DNA of 64,000 nucleotides, from NCBI GenBank assembly GCA_038231275.1, contig JBBRLQ010000026.1:1-64000 (forward strand), given 5' to 3'. Positions 38,595 through 47,249 of this stretch are shown here, one piece after another; position 1 is the stretch's first letter; each line of letters starts with the position of its first letter. Under the pieces are notes generated by a model. It saw only the letters and a program-made list of their open reading frames with translations. It made no database searches and was not told where the DNA came from. The translations under genes and the position numbers were made by a program. This DNA is from Polyangiales bacterium (GTDB taxonomy: Bacteria; Myxococcota_A; Polyangia; Polyangiales; Polyangiaceae).

Positions 38595-39554
38595 TCAGCT
38601 CGGCGTGAGGAGGACCTTCAGCACACCCGGACGCGCGGCGAGGGCGAGCGCCTCTTCGCCGCGCGCGAGCGGGAGGGTTTCGGAGATCAGGCCCTCGACG
38701 TCGACCGCATTCTTCGCCAAGAGCTCCAGCGCCGGGGCGAGCCGACCGCACCGCGAGCCGGTGATGCGGATTTCGTCGACGACGATCCGCGCGGTGTCGA
38801 TGGACGCGGCGCCGTGGAACGTCGACTTGAGGACGAGCGTGCCCTGAGGCTCCAAGAGCTCGAGCGCGGCGGCAAAGCCAGCTTCTGCTCCCGACGCTTC
38901 GACGGTGATCGGGAAGGTGCGCGCGTGGGCCTTCACGTCGGCGACGGCGACCGTCTCGATGCCGCGCGCGCCGGCGATCCGCATTTTTTCCGCGTGCTTT
39001 CCGAAGAGGACCACGCGCGCGCCGGCGACCGCGAGCACTTGGGACACGAGGACGCCGAGCTTTCCATCACCCACGATCGCGACGCGCACGCCTGCGACGG
39101 GCGGGAGACACTCGAGGACGCTGCACGCCGCAGCGAGCGGCTCGGCGAAGACCGCGCGGTGATCGGGAACAGCGTCGGGCACGCGGAGGAGGTTCCGCGC
39201 GGGGAGCCGGAGCAGCTCCGCGTGCGCTCCGTCGCGGCCGACGATGCCGAGGACCGTCCGCGCCGGGCAGTGCCGTGAGTCTCCCGAGGCGCAACGCGCG
39301 CACGTCCCACACCCCGCGTTGATCTCTCCAACGACGCGCGCGCCGCGCGGGACCGCGCCGCCGCCGGGGTCCTCGACCACGCCGACGAACTCGTGACCGA
39401 TCGTCCCCTCGAAGCCGGCGTAACCACGCATCAGCTCGAGGTCCGTGTTGCAGATCCCCGAGATCGTCACGCGGACGAGCGCGTCGCCGTCGGCAACGGG
39501 TGGGGCGACGTCTTGGACCGCGGCGCGACCGCCGGAGACTCTCAGGGCTCGCAC
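38595..39554 (-). CDS. Zinc-dependent MDR alcohol dehydrogenase
   Basis: GICNTD, GHEFVG, CGTCARC..HC and GDGKLG motifs. Confidence 0.92.
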   Translation of the reverse strand: MRALRVSGGRAAVQDVAPPVADGDALVRVTISGICNTDLELMRGYAGFEGTIGHEFVGVVEDPGGGAVPRGARVVGEINAGCGTCARCASGDSRHCPARTVLGIVGRDGAHAELLRLPARNLLRVPDAVPDHRAVFAEPLAAACSVLECLPPVAGVRVAIVGDGKLGVLVSQVLAVAGARVVLFGKHAEKMRIAGARGIETVAVADVKAHARTFPITVEASGAEAGFAAALELLEPQGTLVLKSTFHGAASIDTARIVVDEIRITGSRCGRLAPALELLAKNAVDVEGLISETLPLARGEEALALAARPGVLKVLLTPS

Positions 39555-39683
39555 GATGGCCTGAGGATATCCGACGCGGTCTCGGGGCGCGCGCGCGAGA
39601 CCCTACCCGATAGGCCTCCTCATCCGCGTCGCGGGTGGTACGGTCGTCGTCCCGAGCAGTTCACCAACGAAAGAGAGACCACC

Positions 39684-39884
39684 ATGGCCGTCGCACGCGT
39701 CACGAAGATCACCGCGTCCTCGAAGAAGGGTTGGGACGATGCCGCGAACCTGGGGCTGAAGCGCGCCGCCGCGACCGTGCGAGGCATCACTGGCCTCGAG
39801 GTCGTGAGCCAGAAGGCGAAAGTCGAGGGCGGGAAGATCGTGGAGTACCGGCTCACGATGGAGCTGACGTTCCTCCTCGAGTGA
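39684..39884 (+). CDS. Dodecin-family protein
   Basis: MAVARVTKITASS..GWDDA...G.IVEYR...TF.LE, 66 aa. Confidence 0.9.
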   Translation: MAVARVTKITASSKKGWDDAANLGLKRAAATVRGITGLEVVSQKAKVEGGKIVEYRLTMELTFLLE

Positions 39885-39953
39885 GCCCGCGCCTCCGCTG
39901 CCGGTCAGGGTGTCGAGCGACCAACGCGCCGCTCGTGGCGCGTCGCTCGACGC

Positions 39954-41351
39954 CTACTGGACGCGAAGCCCCTTTTCGGTGATCTCGATCTCGTGGACGC
40001 CCAGGTCGTGCATGCTCGCGCGCGACTTGAGGACGACGAGGCCGCGCTTCGTCCGCTCTTTCAGCTCGGTCGACAGGAGCACGATGTTGTCCGAGAGGTA
40101 CGAGAAGCAGCCGCCAGCGCTGTGCGTGTCGAAGCCGGACTCCTCGGACACGCTCGCGCCCTCGAAGGTCAGGATGCTCGTCACGCCCTTGACCGTGAAG
40201 TGCTGCACGAGGGCGTAGAGGTAGTCGTGCAGGCGCCGGGGATCGCTCGCCGCGTTGATCAAGTCACCGAGGGCGTCGATCACCACCCTGCGCGTCCCCG
40301 CGCGCTGGATCTGCTGAAAAAGGCTCACGATGATGCGGTCGACCTGGAGCTCGACCGGCGAGGCGTACATGAGGTGGAGCCCCCGGCGCTTCGCATCCTC
40401 GACGTCGGCGCCGAGGCCGCGCAAGGAGCGCGCGAGCTGCATCGGGTTCTCTTGGAAATTCGCGTAGAGGCACGGCTCGCCGCGGCGCACGCCCTCGAGG
40501 ACGAACTGGAGGCTCGCGGTGGTCTTGCCGGCGCCGGTAGGCCCCGCGAGCACCGTAGTGCTCCCGCGCCATAGCCCTCCCCCCATGAGCCGGTCGAGCC
40601 CCTCGATACCGGTAGGCGTCCTCTCCTCGACGATGGTGTAGCTCTCGGGGATCTCCGGGCTGACGAGGCGCGGAAAGATCTCGAGGCCCGCGGAGCCGAT
40701 GCGGAACGCGTGCATCCCTTCGAGGTACGCGCTGCCGCGCAGCTTGAGCACGCGGAGGAAGCGCTCGTCGCGCGTGCTCAGCGGATTTCGCAGAAACTGG
40801 AGGATCCCGTCGGCGACGGCGAACTCGGGGAGCTTTTGCGCGTCGTCGTCGGTGTACTCGCCGACGAGAAACACGGTGGTCTGGAACGCCGTGAGCAGGC
40901 CCGTGAGCTCGTAGAGGACGCGCCGCAGCTCGGACACCGACGTCGACAGATCGTGGAGCGCCTTGAAGGAGTCGATGACGATGATCTTCGGCGCGGACAC
41001 CTCGATCGCGCGCTGCACGCACTCGAGGAGCCCGCGGATGCCTCCGGCGGCGACCTGTTGCCCGATGTCCTCGTAGATGACCGCCTTGCCGATCTTTTCG
41101 TGATCGAAGAACGCGAACCGCTGCAGGTAGCTCACCATCTTCGCGAGCGGCTCGGAGAGCGTCGTGAAGTAGAGGATGGGGCGCTCGTCGTCGGCGTTCC
41201 TGAAGACGAGCTGCTCGGCGAAGATGCTCTTGCCGGTGCCGGGCTGGCCCATGACGATGTTGATCGAGTTCTTCGGGAACCCGCCGCCCAGGATTTCGTC
41301 GGCTTGCGGGTTGCCCGTACTGACGCGCTCATGGCGCTTCGGAGACTTCAT
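39954..41351 (-). CDS. KaiC-like ATPase with two RecA domains
   Basis: Walker A motifs GQPGTGKS and GPTGAGKT; IVIDS/VVIDA; KLRG and KSR motifs. Confidence 0.92.
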   Translation of the reverse strand: MKSPKRHERVSTGNPQADEILGGGFPKNSINIVMGQPGTGKSIFAEQLVFRNADDERPILYFTTLSEPLAKMVSYLQRFAFFDHEKIGKAVIYEDIGQQVAAGGIRGLLECVQRAIEVSAPKIIVIDSFKALHDLSTSVSELRRVLYELTGLLTAFQTTVFLVGEYTDDDAQKLPEFAVADGILQFLRNPLSTRDERFLRVLKLRGSAYLEGMHAFRIGSAGLEIFPRLVSPEIPESYTIVEERTPTGIEGLDRLMGGGLWRGSTTVLAGPTGAGKTTASLQFVLEGVRRGEPCLYANFQENPMQLARSLRGLGADVEDAKRRGLHLMYASPVELQVDRIIVSLFQQIQRAGTRRVVIDALGDLINAASDPRRLHDYLYALVQHFTVKGVTSILTFEGASVSEESGFDTHSAGGCFSYLSDNIVLLSTELKERTKRGLVVLKSRASMHDLGVHEIEITEKGLRVQ

Positions 41352-42391
41352 GCTGTGCTCGGGTCGTGCGGCGGAAGGGTGAGGTCGCGCAGCGATGCGA
41401 TGAGGCTCTCTCGCTCCAGGGGCTTGCCGAGGAACGCGTCGGCGCCCGCCGCCATCGCGCGCTCGTCGGCGGCGAGGATGCTGAAGACGAGAACTGGTAC
41501 GTCGTGGGTCGTGGGATCCCCCTTGATCAGACGGCAAAGGGCGAGGCCGTCGAGGCGAGGCACGAGGATCTCGGTGACGAGCACCGCCGGTGGGGACGTG
41601 CGCACGCGATCGAGTGCGACGCCGCCGTCGTCGAAGAACTCGACGCCGTAGCGGTTTCCCACGAACTGCTGGACGAGGTGTCGAACGTGCGGATCCCGGT
41701 CGACCACGTAGAGCGTCTTTCGCGCGGAGGCCTCCGCGTGCTCGTCGAGAGCGCCCAAGGAGCCAGGCGTCGGGCCGTGAAGCGCGTCGCTCTCGACAGC
41801 GAGCGTCGATCCGCATGTACAGTTGCGGAGCTCGTAGTGACTCCGGCGGTGCGGGCGCTGCATCCGCCCGCACATCGGCAACGCCAGCCACTGCTTGCGC
41901 GTGAGGTCACGTCCGCAGGCGCAGCGCTTGATCACGTCTCCCTGCACGGCGAAGGTCGGCTCCACATCGCCTGCCCCGACGCGTGCGCGCAGGGCCAGAT
42001 CGAGCGCCGACGCGTCGAAGGGCTTGCAGATGAACGCGTCGCACCCCGCGTCCGTGGCCTCCTGCATCCGCTCCATCCCACGTCCCGTCACCACGACGAT
42101 GATGCACCCGCTGGTGCGCGGATCCGCGCGCAGGCGGCGGGTGGCCTCGATGCCGTCGAAGCCTGGCACAACGACGTCGAGGACGACGGCGTCGGGTCGG
42201 AGCTGGAACGCCGCCTCGAGCCCTCGGGTGCCGTCGGCTTCACCCACCGCCCGGTATCCCAGTTGCTCCAGGCACTCGGTGTACATGAAGCGCAGGTCGT
42301 CGTCGTCCTCCACCACGAGGACGAGCTTGCCAAGCCGCACGGCAGCCGGGACGTCGCGCGTAGAGTCGTGGGTGGGTGAGCTTGTTGGCAT
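41348..42391 (-). CDS. Response regulator: REC, CxC..CxC putative Zn module, atypical REC
   Basis: VEDDDD/VLDVVVP; KRCACG...ELRNCTCGSTL; second REC VDRD/LVTEI; ATGA overlap with the KaiC-like gene. Confidence 0.88.
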   Translation of the reverse strand: MPTSSPTHDSTRDVPAAVRLGKLVLVVEDDDDLRFMYTECLEQLGYRAVGEADGTRGLEAAFQLRPDAVVLDVVVPGFDGIEATRRLRADPRTSGCIIVVVTGRGMERMQEATDAGCDAFICKPFDASALDLALRARVGAGDVEPTFAVQGDVIKRCACGRDLTRKQWLALPMCGRMQRPHRRSHYELRNCTCGSTLAVESDALHGPTPGSLGALDEHAEASARKTLYVVDRDPHVRHLVQQFVGNRYGVEFFDDGGVALDRVRTSPPAVLVTEILVPRLDGLALCRLIKGDPTTHDVPVLVFSILAADERAMAAGADAFLGKPLERESLIASLRDLTLPPHDPSTA

Positions 42392-42565
42392 CGGTGCGAG
42401 GGGCGGACGCGCGCTGTTCGGTTCGAACGCATGGACCGTACCGGCGCGAAATGTAGGGATTTGTGGCCTCTCGGCAACGTGGAAGCGCAGCAACGCCGCC
42501 ACAATCCTCCGAGTGTGGCGCAAGCGCCGCGCGCCTCGCGCCCTCGCACGGGCGCACTCTGTTGC

Positions 42566-42601
42566 TTGACAATGCTCGTGGCATCACTACAACTGTAGTG
42601 A
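42566..42601 (+). promoter_or_regulatory. Sigma-70 promoter with BlaI/MecI/CopY-type operator
   Basis: TTGACA at 42566; perfect palindrome TCACTACA-AC-TGTAGTGA (TACAnnTGTA core) at 42584-42601 over the -10 region. Confidence 0.85.
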
Positions 42602-42634
42602 CAGCACGATGAACGTCGTGACCACGGAGGAGAG

Positions 42635-43024
42635 ATGACGGAGCGTAGGAGAGGGACGATCCACGAGACCGAGTGGGATCTGCTCGAGGTCCTCTGGGCC
42701 AAAGAGCGCGCAACGGCGCGTGAGGTCGGGGAGGCGCTCGCCAAGAAGCGCGGCTGGGCCGTGTCTACGGTGAAGACGCTGCTCGACCGCATGACGCAGA
42801 AGGGCCTCGTCGGCGCTCGGCAGGTCGGGAACGTCTGGGAGTACACGCCCGCCGTTCGCCCCGTCGAGGCGCGCCGCTCGGCGTGGGGGGAGCTGGTCGA
42901 GAAGGCGTTCGGTGGTGCCGTCGCCCCTGCCCTCCACTTCCTCGCCAAGGACGCCAAGCTCTCGAAGAAGGACCTGTCGGAGCTCCGCGCTCTGCTCGAC
43001 ACGAAGGAGAAAGACAATGAGTGA
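42635..43024 (+). CDS. BlaI/MecI/CopY-family repressor
   Basis: EWDLLEVLW..ATAREV...WAVSTVKTLLDRM..KG, FGG and LSKKDLSEL motifs. Confidence 0.93.
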   Translation: MTERRRGTIHETEWDLLEVLWAKERATAREVGEALAKKRGWAVSTVKTLLDRMTQKGLVGARQVGNVWEYTPAVRPVEARRSAWGELVEKAFGGAVAPALHFLAKDAKLSKKDLSELRALLDTKEKDNE

Positions 43025-44411
43025 CGTCGCGACCGTTCTTGCCTACCTGGAGCCATCCGGCCGCGCGCTCGTGGAGCGGCTCGGCGTCCTCAACATGTGG
43101 ACGGCGGCGCTCCTCGTCGGTGCGCTCTCCGTCGATCGCGCGGTCGCGCGGCGCGCCCGGGCGTCGTGGCGCATCGCGCTCTACGCGCCGGTGGCCCTGC
43201 GTGTCCTCTTGCCAGCGGGGTGGACGCTGCACGTCGCGAGCGCGCCGCGCGTCGAGGCGTTTCTCGCGCCGCTCGCTCGAATCGGGGGGTCCGCGGGCGC
43301 GGACGTCACCGTGGGGACCGCGCCCTCGTGGTACTCGCTCGTCGCGATCGTTTACGTCGCCGTTGGAATCGCGCTCGCCGCCCGGGCGATCCTCGCGCGC
43401 GTTCGCCTCGGGCGCGCGCTCGCCGGAGCGCCGCCGGTGCTCGGCCGCGCGCTCGCCGGCGAGAGGCCCGTCCTCGGCCCGCATCCGGGCGTCCCCTGCC
43501 CCGTCGTGCAGCACGACGAGCTCGGGCCGATGGTCGTCGGGCTCCTCTCACCGCGCGTCGTCCTTCCGCGCCGCCTCCTCGTCGCCGGCGAAGAGCACGC
43601 GCTCGCCTGCGTGCTCCGGCACGAGGTCGCGCACCTGCGCCGCCGGGACGCGTGGCTCTCCGCGGCGCTGCAGCTCCTTTCGATCACGGCGTGGCCGGTC
43701 GTGCCTGTGTGGATCGCCGTCGCGCGCGTGCGTCAGCTCGTCGAGCTCGCGTGCGACGAGGCCGCGGTGGACGGCGCCGACGCCACGGAGCGCAGGCGCT
43801 ACGGTCACACGCTCCTCGACATCGCCGAGTGGCGCGCGCTCATGACGCCGCTCGGCGCGGGCGAGCTCCACTTCGGCTCGACGTTGCGCGCGCGCATCGA
43901 GGCGCTCGGCGCGCGACGCCATTGGCCGTTGGGCCTGCAGGCCATGGTCCTCACCGCCGCGGCCCTCGCGCTCTTCGCGGCGTGCGCGACGACGCCGCCG
44001 AGCGCGTCGGCACCCGCGACGTCGAGCGCCGACGAGGGGTATGGCTACGAGTTCGAGGTGGACAGCGCGAAGGCCGCGGCGTCCTCGCCTGCCAACGCGC
44101 CGATGCCACCGCCGGGCCCCGGGGGTCGCCTCCCGCCCGAGGCCGTACAGAGCGCCGTTCGCGCGCGCTTCCCGGCGATCCAGAGCTGCTACGACGCCGG
44201 ACTCGCCAGAAACCCCAAGCTCGCGGGCACCGTGTCCGTGAGGTTCGTCTTCGGCGAGGACGGCGTGACGCGCGAAGCCGAAGACGCGCGCTCCACGTTG
44301 CCCGACAAGGCCGTGGTCGGCTGCATCACCGCTGAATTCCGCAAGATCACCTACCCCAAGACGCACGCCGGCCTCGTCACCGTCGTCTATCCGATCGCGC
44401 TCGCGCCATGA
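43017..44411 (+). CDS. M56 (BlaR1-like) membrane peptidase fused to AgmX/PglI-type (TonB-C-like) domain
   Basis: HEVAH..RRD, ELACD and YG.TLL; C-terminal IQSCY...NPKLAG.V.VRF...VVYP. Confidence 0.88.
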   Translation: MSDVATVLAYLEPSGRALVERLGVLNMWTAALLVGALSVDRAVARRARASWRIALYAPVALRVLLPAGWTLHVASAPRVEAFLAPLARIGGSAGADVTVGTAPSWYSLVAIVYVAVGIALAARAILARVRLGRALAGAPPVLGRALAGERPVLGPHPGVPCPVVQHDELGPMVVGLLSPRVVLPRRLLVAGEEHALACVLRHEVAHLRRRDAWLSAALQLLSITAWPVVPVWIAVARVRQLVELACDEAAVDGADATERRRYGHTLLDIAEWRALMTPLGAGELHFGSTLRARIEALGARRHWPLGLQAMVLTAAALALFAACATTPPSASAPATSSADEGYGYEFEVDSAKAAASSPANAPMPPPGPGGRLPPEAVQSAVRARFPAIQSCYDAGLARNPKLAGTVSVRFVFGEDGVTREAEDARSTLPDKAVVGCITAEFRKITYPKTHAGLVTVVYPIALAP

Positions 44412-44504
44412 CGGCGGGCCCCGACGAGCGTCACGGCGCGCGGAACGACGAGAACGGGCCTTCGTATCGCACGCTCCGCGAGGCCGCCCAAGAGGTGGCG
44501 CGTG

Positions 44505-45842
44505 TTACTTCGGGCCCGGCTGAGGCACGGTCACGACGCCACTCGCGCCGCTCGCGACCCACTGGAAATCGTCGACCAGCGCGGTCGAGTCATACTGCGC
44601 GTTGCCGGCGTCCCAGATCGCGAAACGCACTGTGATGATGCTGCCGGCTTTGGCAGGCGCCTGCGTTTGCAGCCATCGCGTCGCGCCGGACGGTCCGACG
44701 GCGGTGTGCCACACGTCGTAGCCGGTCCCCGCGAGATCGCCGAGGCCGAGCGGGCAGTAAGGGCTCGGCGTGGCCGGGCACGCGCCGCCGCCGGACTTGC
44801 AGTGCGTCGCAAAGCGCGCGGGCGTGCTCGGATCGCACGCGTCGAAGTACCCGACGTTCACGCTGACGGGGTGGTTCTTGCTGTCGAACGAGATGTTGCC
44901 CCACGTCGAGCCCGCGGGCACGTACGCGCCGGCGGGCGGCGGCGTCACGAGGGCGACGAACTGATCGTTGTACCCGTTCTTGTCGCAGACCCAGTCGGGG
45001 AACTCGAAGGAGTAGAACTTGAAACTGAACGAGTAGCCCGTCGCGTTGGTGGGCACGCGCATCTTCAGCTCGAGGGCGACGTCGTCGGCGATGACCTTGG
45101 TCGGCGGGCACGCGGGATCGTCCTGCGGGAAGCCGGTGGGCGCGGTGCCCGTCGCGTTGATCTGGCAAGAGATGCCGTTGCACGCGCCGGTCTCGCCGAC
45201 GACGCGCGCGTGCCCGCTGGAGAGCGCGAGCAGGTTGGCGCCGCCTTGCGGGTGCACGTTCGTGCCGAACGTCCCGTGGATCCCGATCTGCAGACCCGGC
45301 GCGGCGAACGGCGTTCCGTCGGCGCGTACGTACGCGGCAGAGATGACGCCGTATTTGCGGTCGGCGTCAGTCGCCTTCGCGCAGAGCTCGATCGCCTTGG
45401 CGCCGCTCATCGGATCGACGTCGGTGAGCGCGAGGCCCGTGTCGCATGCTTGCGCGGAGTCGCCCGGTTTGCCGCTGCAGTCCTCGTCGCCCCACGTAGG
45501 CGGGCCTGCGTCGGGCGTATGGAGCACGTCGATCGCGCCGGGGTTCACGTTGGGATCGCAGTCGTTGCAGTCGCCCTGGCTCGGCGAGAACCCGTCCTTG
45601 TCGAGGTCGGCGTTGGGATCGCTGCTCACGCAAGGGCCGCCGCCGCCGGGGCCGCCGTCGTTTCCGAACGCGGGGCCACCATCGCCGCCACCCGGCCCGC
45701 CCCCTCCGCCGTCACCACCCCCGCCGCCGACGCTCGCGTCGTCGTCCGTGAACCCGGCCTTCCCGCCGTTCGAGCAGGCGACGCCGAGCACCATCACGAT
45801 GAGGCCCAAAGCCGACGACGATGAACGCATGACGGACCTCAC
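44505..45842 (-). CDS. Lipoprotein with putative metal-binding repeat and choice-of-anchor-L-like domain
   Basis: LGVAC lipobox; DKDGF..GDCNDCDPNVNPGA; FYSFEFPDWV..YNDQF; NISFD; FAIWD..YDS. Confidence 0.8.
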   Translation of the reverse strand: MRSVMRSSSSALGLIVMVLGVACSNGGKAGFTDDDASVGGGGGDGGGGGPGGGDGGPAFGNDGGPGGGGPCVSSDPNADLDKDGFSPSQGDCNDCDPNVNPGAIDVLHTPDAGPPTWGDEDCSGKPGDSAQACDTGLALTDVDPMSGAKAIELCAKATDADRKYGVISAAYVRADGTPFAAPGLQIGIHGTFGTNVHPQGGANLLALSSGHARVVGETGACNGISCQINATGTAPTGFPQDDPACPPTKVIADDVALELKMRVPTNATGYSFSFKFYSFEFPDWVCDKNGYNDQFVALVTPPPAGAYVPAGSTWGNISFDSKNHPVSVNVGYFDACDPSTPARFATHCKSGGGACPATPSPYCPLGLGDLAGTGYDVWHTAVGPSGATRWLQTQAPAKAGSIITVRFAIWDAGNAQYDSTALVDDFQWVASGASGVVTVPQPGPK

Positions 45843-46990
45843 TTCGGCGGAGCGGGAACGATCCAGAGACGCGCGCCGAGACCGTCGAGGACGTACGCGT
45901 TCCCGGCGTCGTCGGCGACCGTGTTACGGGTACCCGCGGAGGTCGCGGCAGTGGCGACCAGCGTAAGCTGCCCCTTGTCGTCTACGTGGACGACGCTGAG
46001 CTTCGCCACCTTGCCCGCGACGGCGTAGACGTTCCCGAGCGCGGCGACGTAGTCGATGTTGTCGACGCCCGCGCCGGTATCCATCTTGCCGAGCGGCGCG
46101 CCTTCGTGACCGGCGTCGAGCACCTGGAGATGATCGGTGCACGCGACGATGAGGAAATTCCGCGCCGCGTCGACCGCGATTCCGCGCGGCCCTTCGGCGC
46201 CGCAGCCCGGCGCGTACGTCGCCTTCGCGACGTGTGTCTTCACGTCCACAACGACCGTCTTGTCCTTGTCCTCGAGGTTCGTGAAAAAGAGGCCGCGAGT
46301 CTCGTCGATGGCGTAGCCCTCGGTCTCGCCGTCGAACTTGATGACGAGCTTGGGCTTCAGCGTGTCGGGCTTCGACGCGTCGAGCACCGTGATCGAGTGA
46401 TCGCGCGGGGTCGTGACCCAGACCTCCTTGGTCGACGCCACGTACGCGACGCCGTCCGAGGGAGACGCGACCTTGAGGCACTTGCCGAGCTTCATCGACT
46501 TCGCGTCGACCGCGCAGATCTCGCTCGTCGCGCGGTTGCCGACGTAGACGTAGCCGTCGCCGACGAACGCGGCGCTCGGGCCGACGAGGCGCTTCTTGCC
46601 GCGGATCTCGCGCTCACCGGTCTTGAAGCCGTCGACGCGCGCGAACGCGTTGGCTGCGAGGTCGAGGACGTCGACGCTCCCGGTATCGCCGACCGGCACC
46701 CAGACGCGCCCGCGCGCGCGATCGATCGCGAGGTAGTCGACGCTCACCGGCGCCGTCGCACCCGGCAGCGCGAGCGACGTCGCGGTGAGTTGAGGCGGAG
46801 CCGGCGGCGCTGGCGGACCGGCGTCGACGGCGTCCGGCGCCTTCGCGATCGGCGGCGCGGGCTCTGGCATCGAAGGCGTCGTCGTGGGCGTGGGCACGGC
46901 CGGCGCAGGACCCGCAGGCGTCTCGCCGCCGCACGCTGCTGCGAGACACGAGAGCGCGACGAGCGAGCGACCGAATTTCATGCGCGACAT
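45839..46990 (-). CDS. YncE-like beta-propeller lipoprotein
   Basis: LAAAC lipobox; repeated blades (DYLAID, GVAY, GYAID, GIAVD, GVDNIDY). Confidence 0.82.
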   Translation of the reverse strand: MSRMKFGRSLVALSCLAAACGGETPAGPAPAVPTPTTTPSMPEPAPPIAKAPDAVDAGPPAPPAPPQLTATSLALPGATAPVSVDYLAIDRARGRVWVPVGDTGSVDVLDLAANAFARVDGFKTGEREIRGKKRLVGPSAAFVGDGYVYVGNRATSEICAVDAKSMKLGKCLKVASPSDGVAYVASTKEVWVTTPRDHSITVLDASKPDTLKPKLVIKFDGETEGYAIDETRGLFFTNLEDKDKTVVVDVKTHVAKATYAPGCGAEGPRGIAVDAARNFLIVACTDHLQVLDAGHEGAPLGKMDTGAGVDNIDYVAALGNVYAVAGKVAKLSVVHVDDKGQLTLVATAATSAGTRNTVADDAGNAYVLDGLGARLWIVPAPPK

Positions 46991-47220
46991 CTAACCCGAA
47001 CCTCCGAGCGCACGGCGAGCGAATTCGACGCCTCGCCTTCGGGCCGATCGAGACGCAGATTCGTCGTCTGCTCCTTTGACCTACACGGCACGCGCACCCG
47101 CCGGCAGCGCGCGGTTCCATCGCGCGTGCTTCGCGCGTCCCCACGATCCAGATCGCAGGTCGCGACGTGGATCGCGCGCGACTCACGGCACCAAGCATGG
47201 AAAATTGCAGGGGTTGCGGT

Positions 47221-47237
47221 CAGGCACATCGGTTGCT
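47221..47237 (+). promoter_or_regulatory. Sigma-54 promoter candidate
   Basis: CAGGCACATCGGTTGCT; conserved C lies 14 nt before ATG 47250. Confidence 0.55.
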
Positions 47238-47249
47238 CAGGCGTGCAGG

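Noticed and set aside
39954..41351. Circadian clock kaiC call
   Set aside because: No kaiA or kaiB nearby, and the catalytic EE and phosphosite motifs diverge; kept as KaiC-like only.
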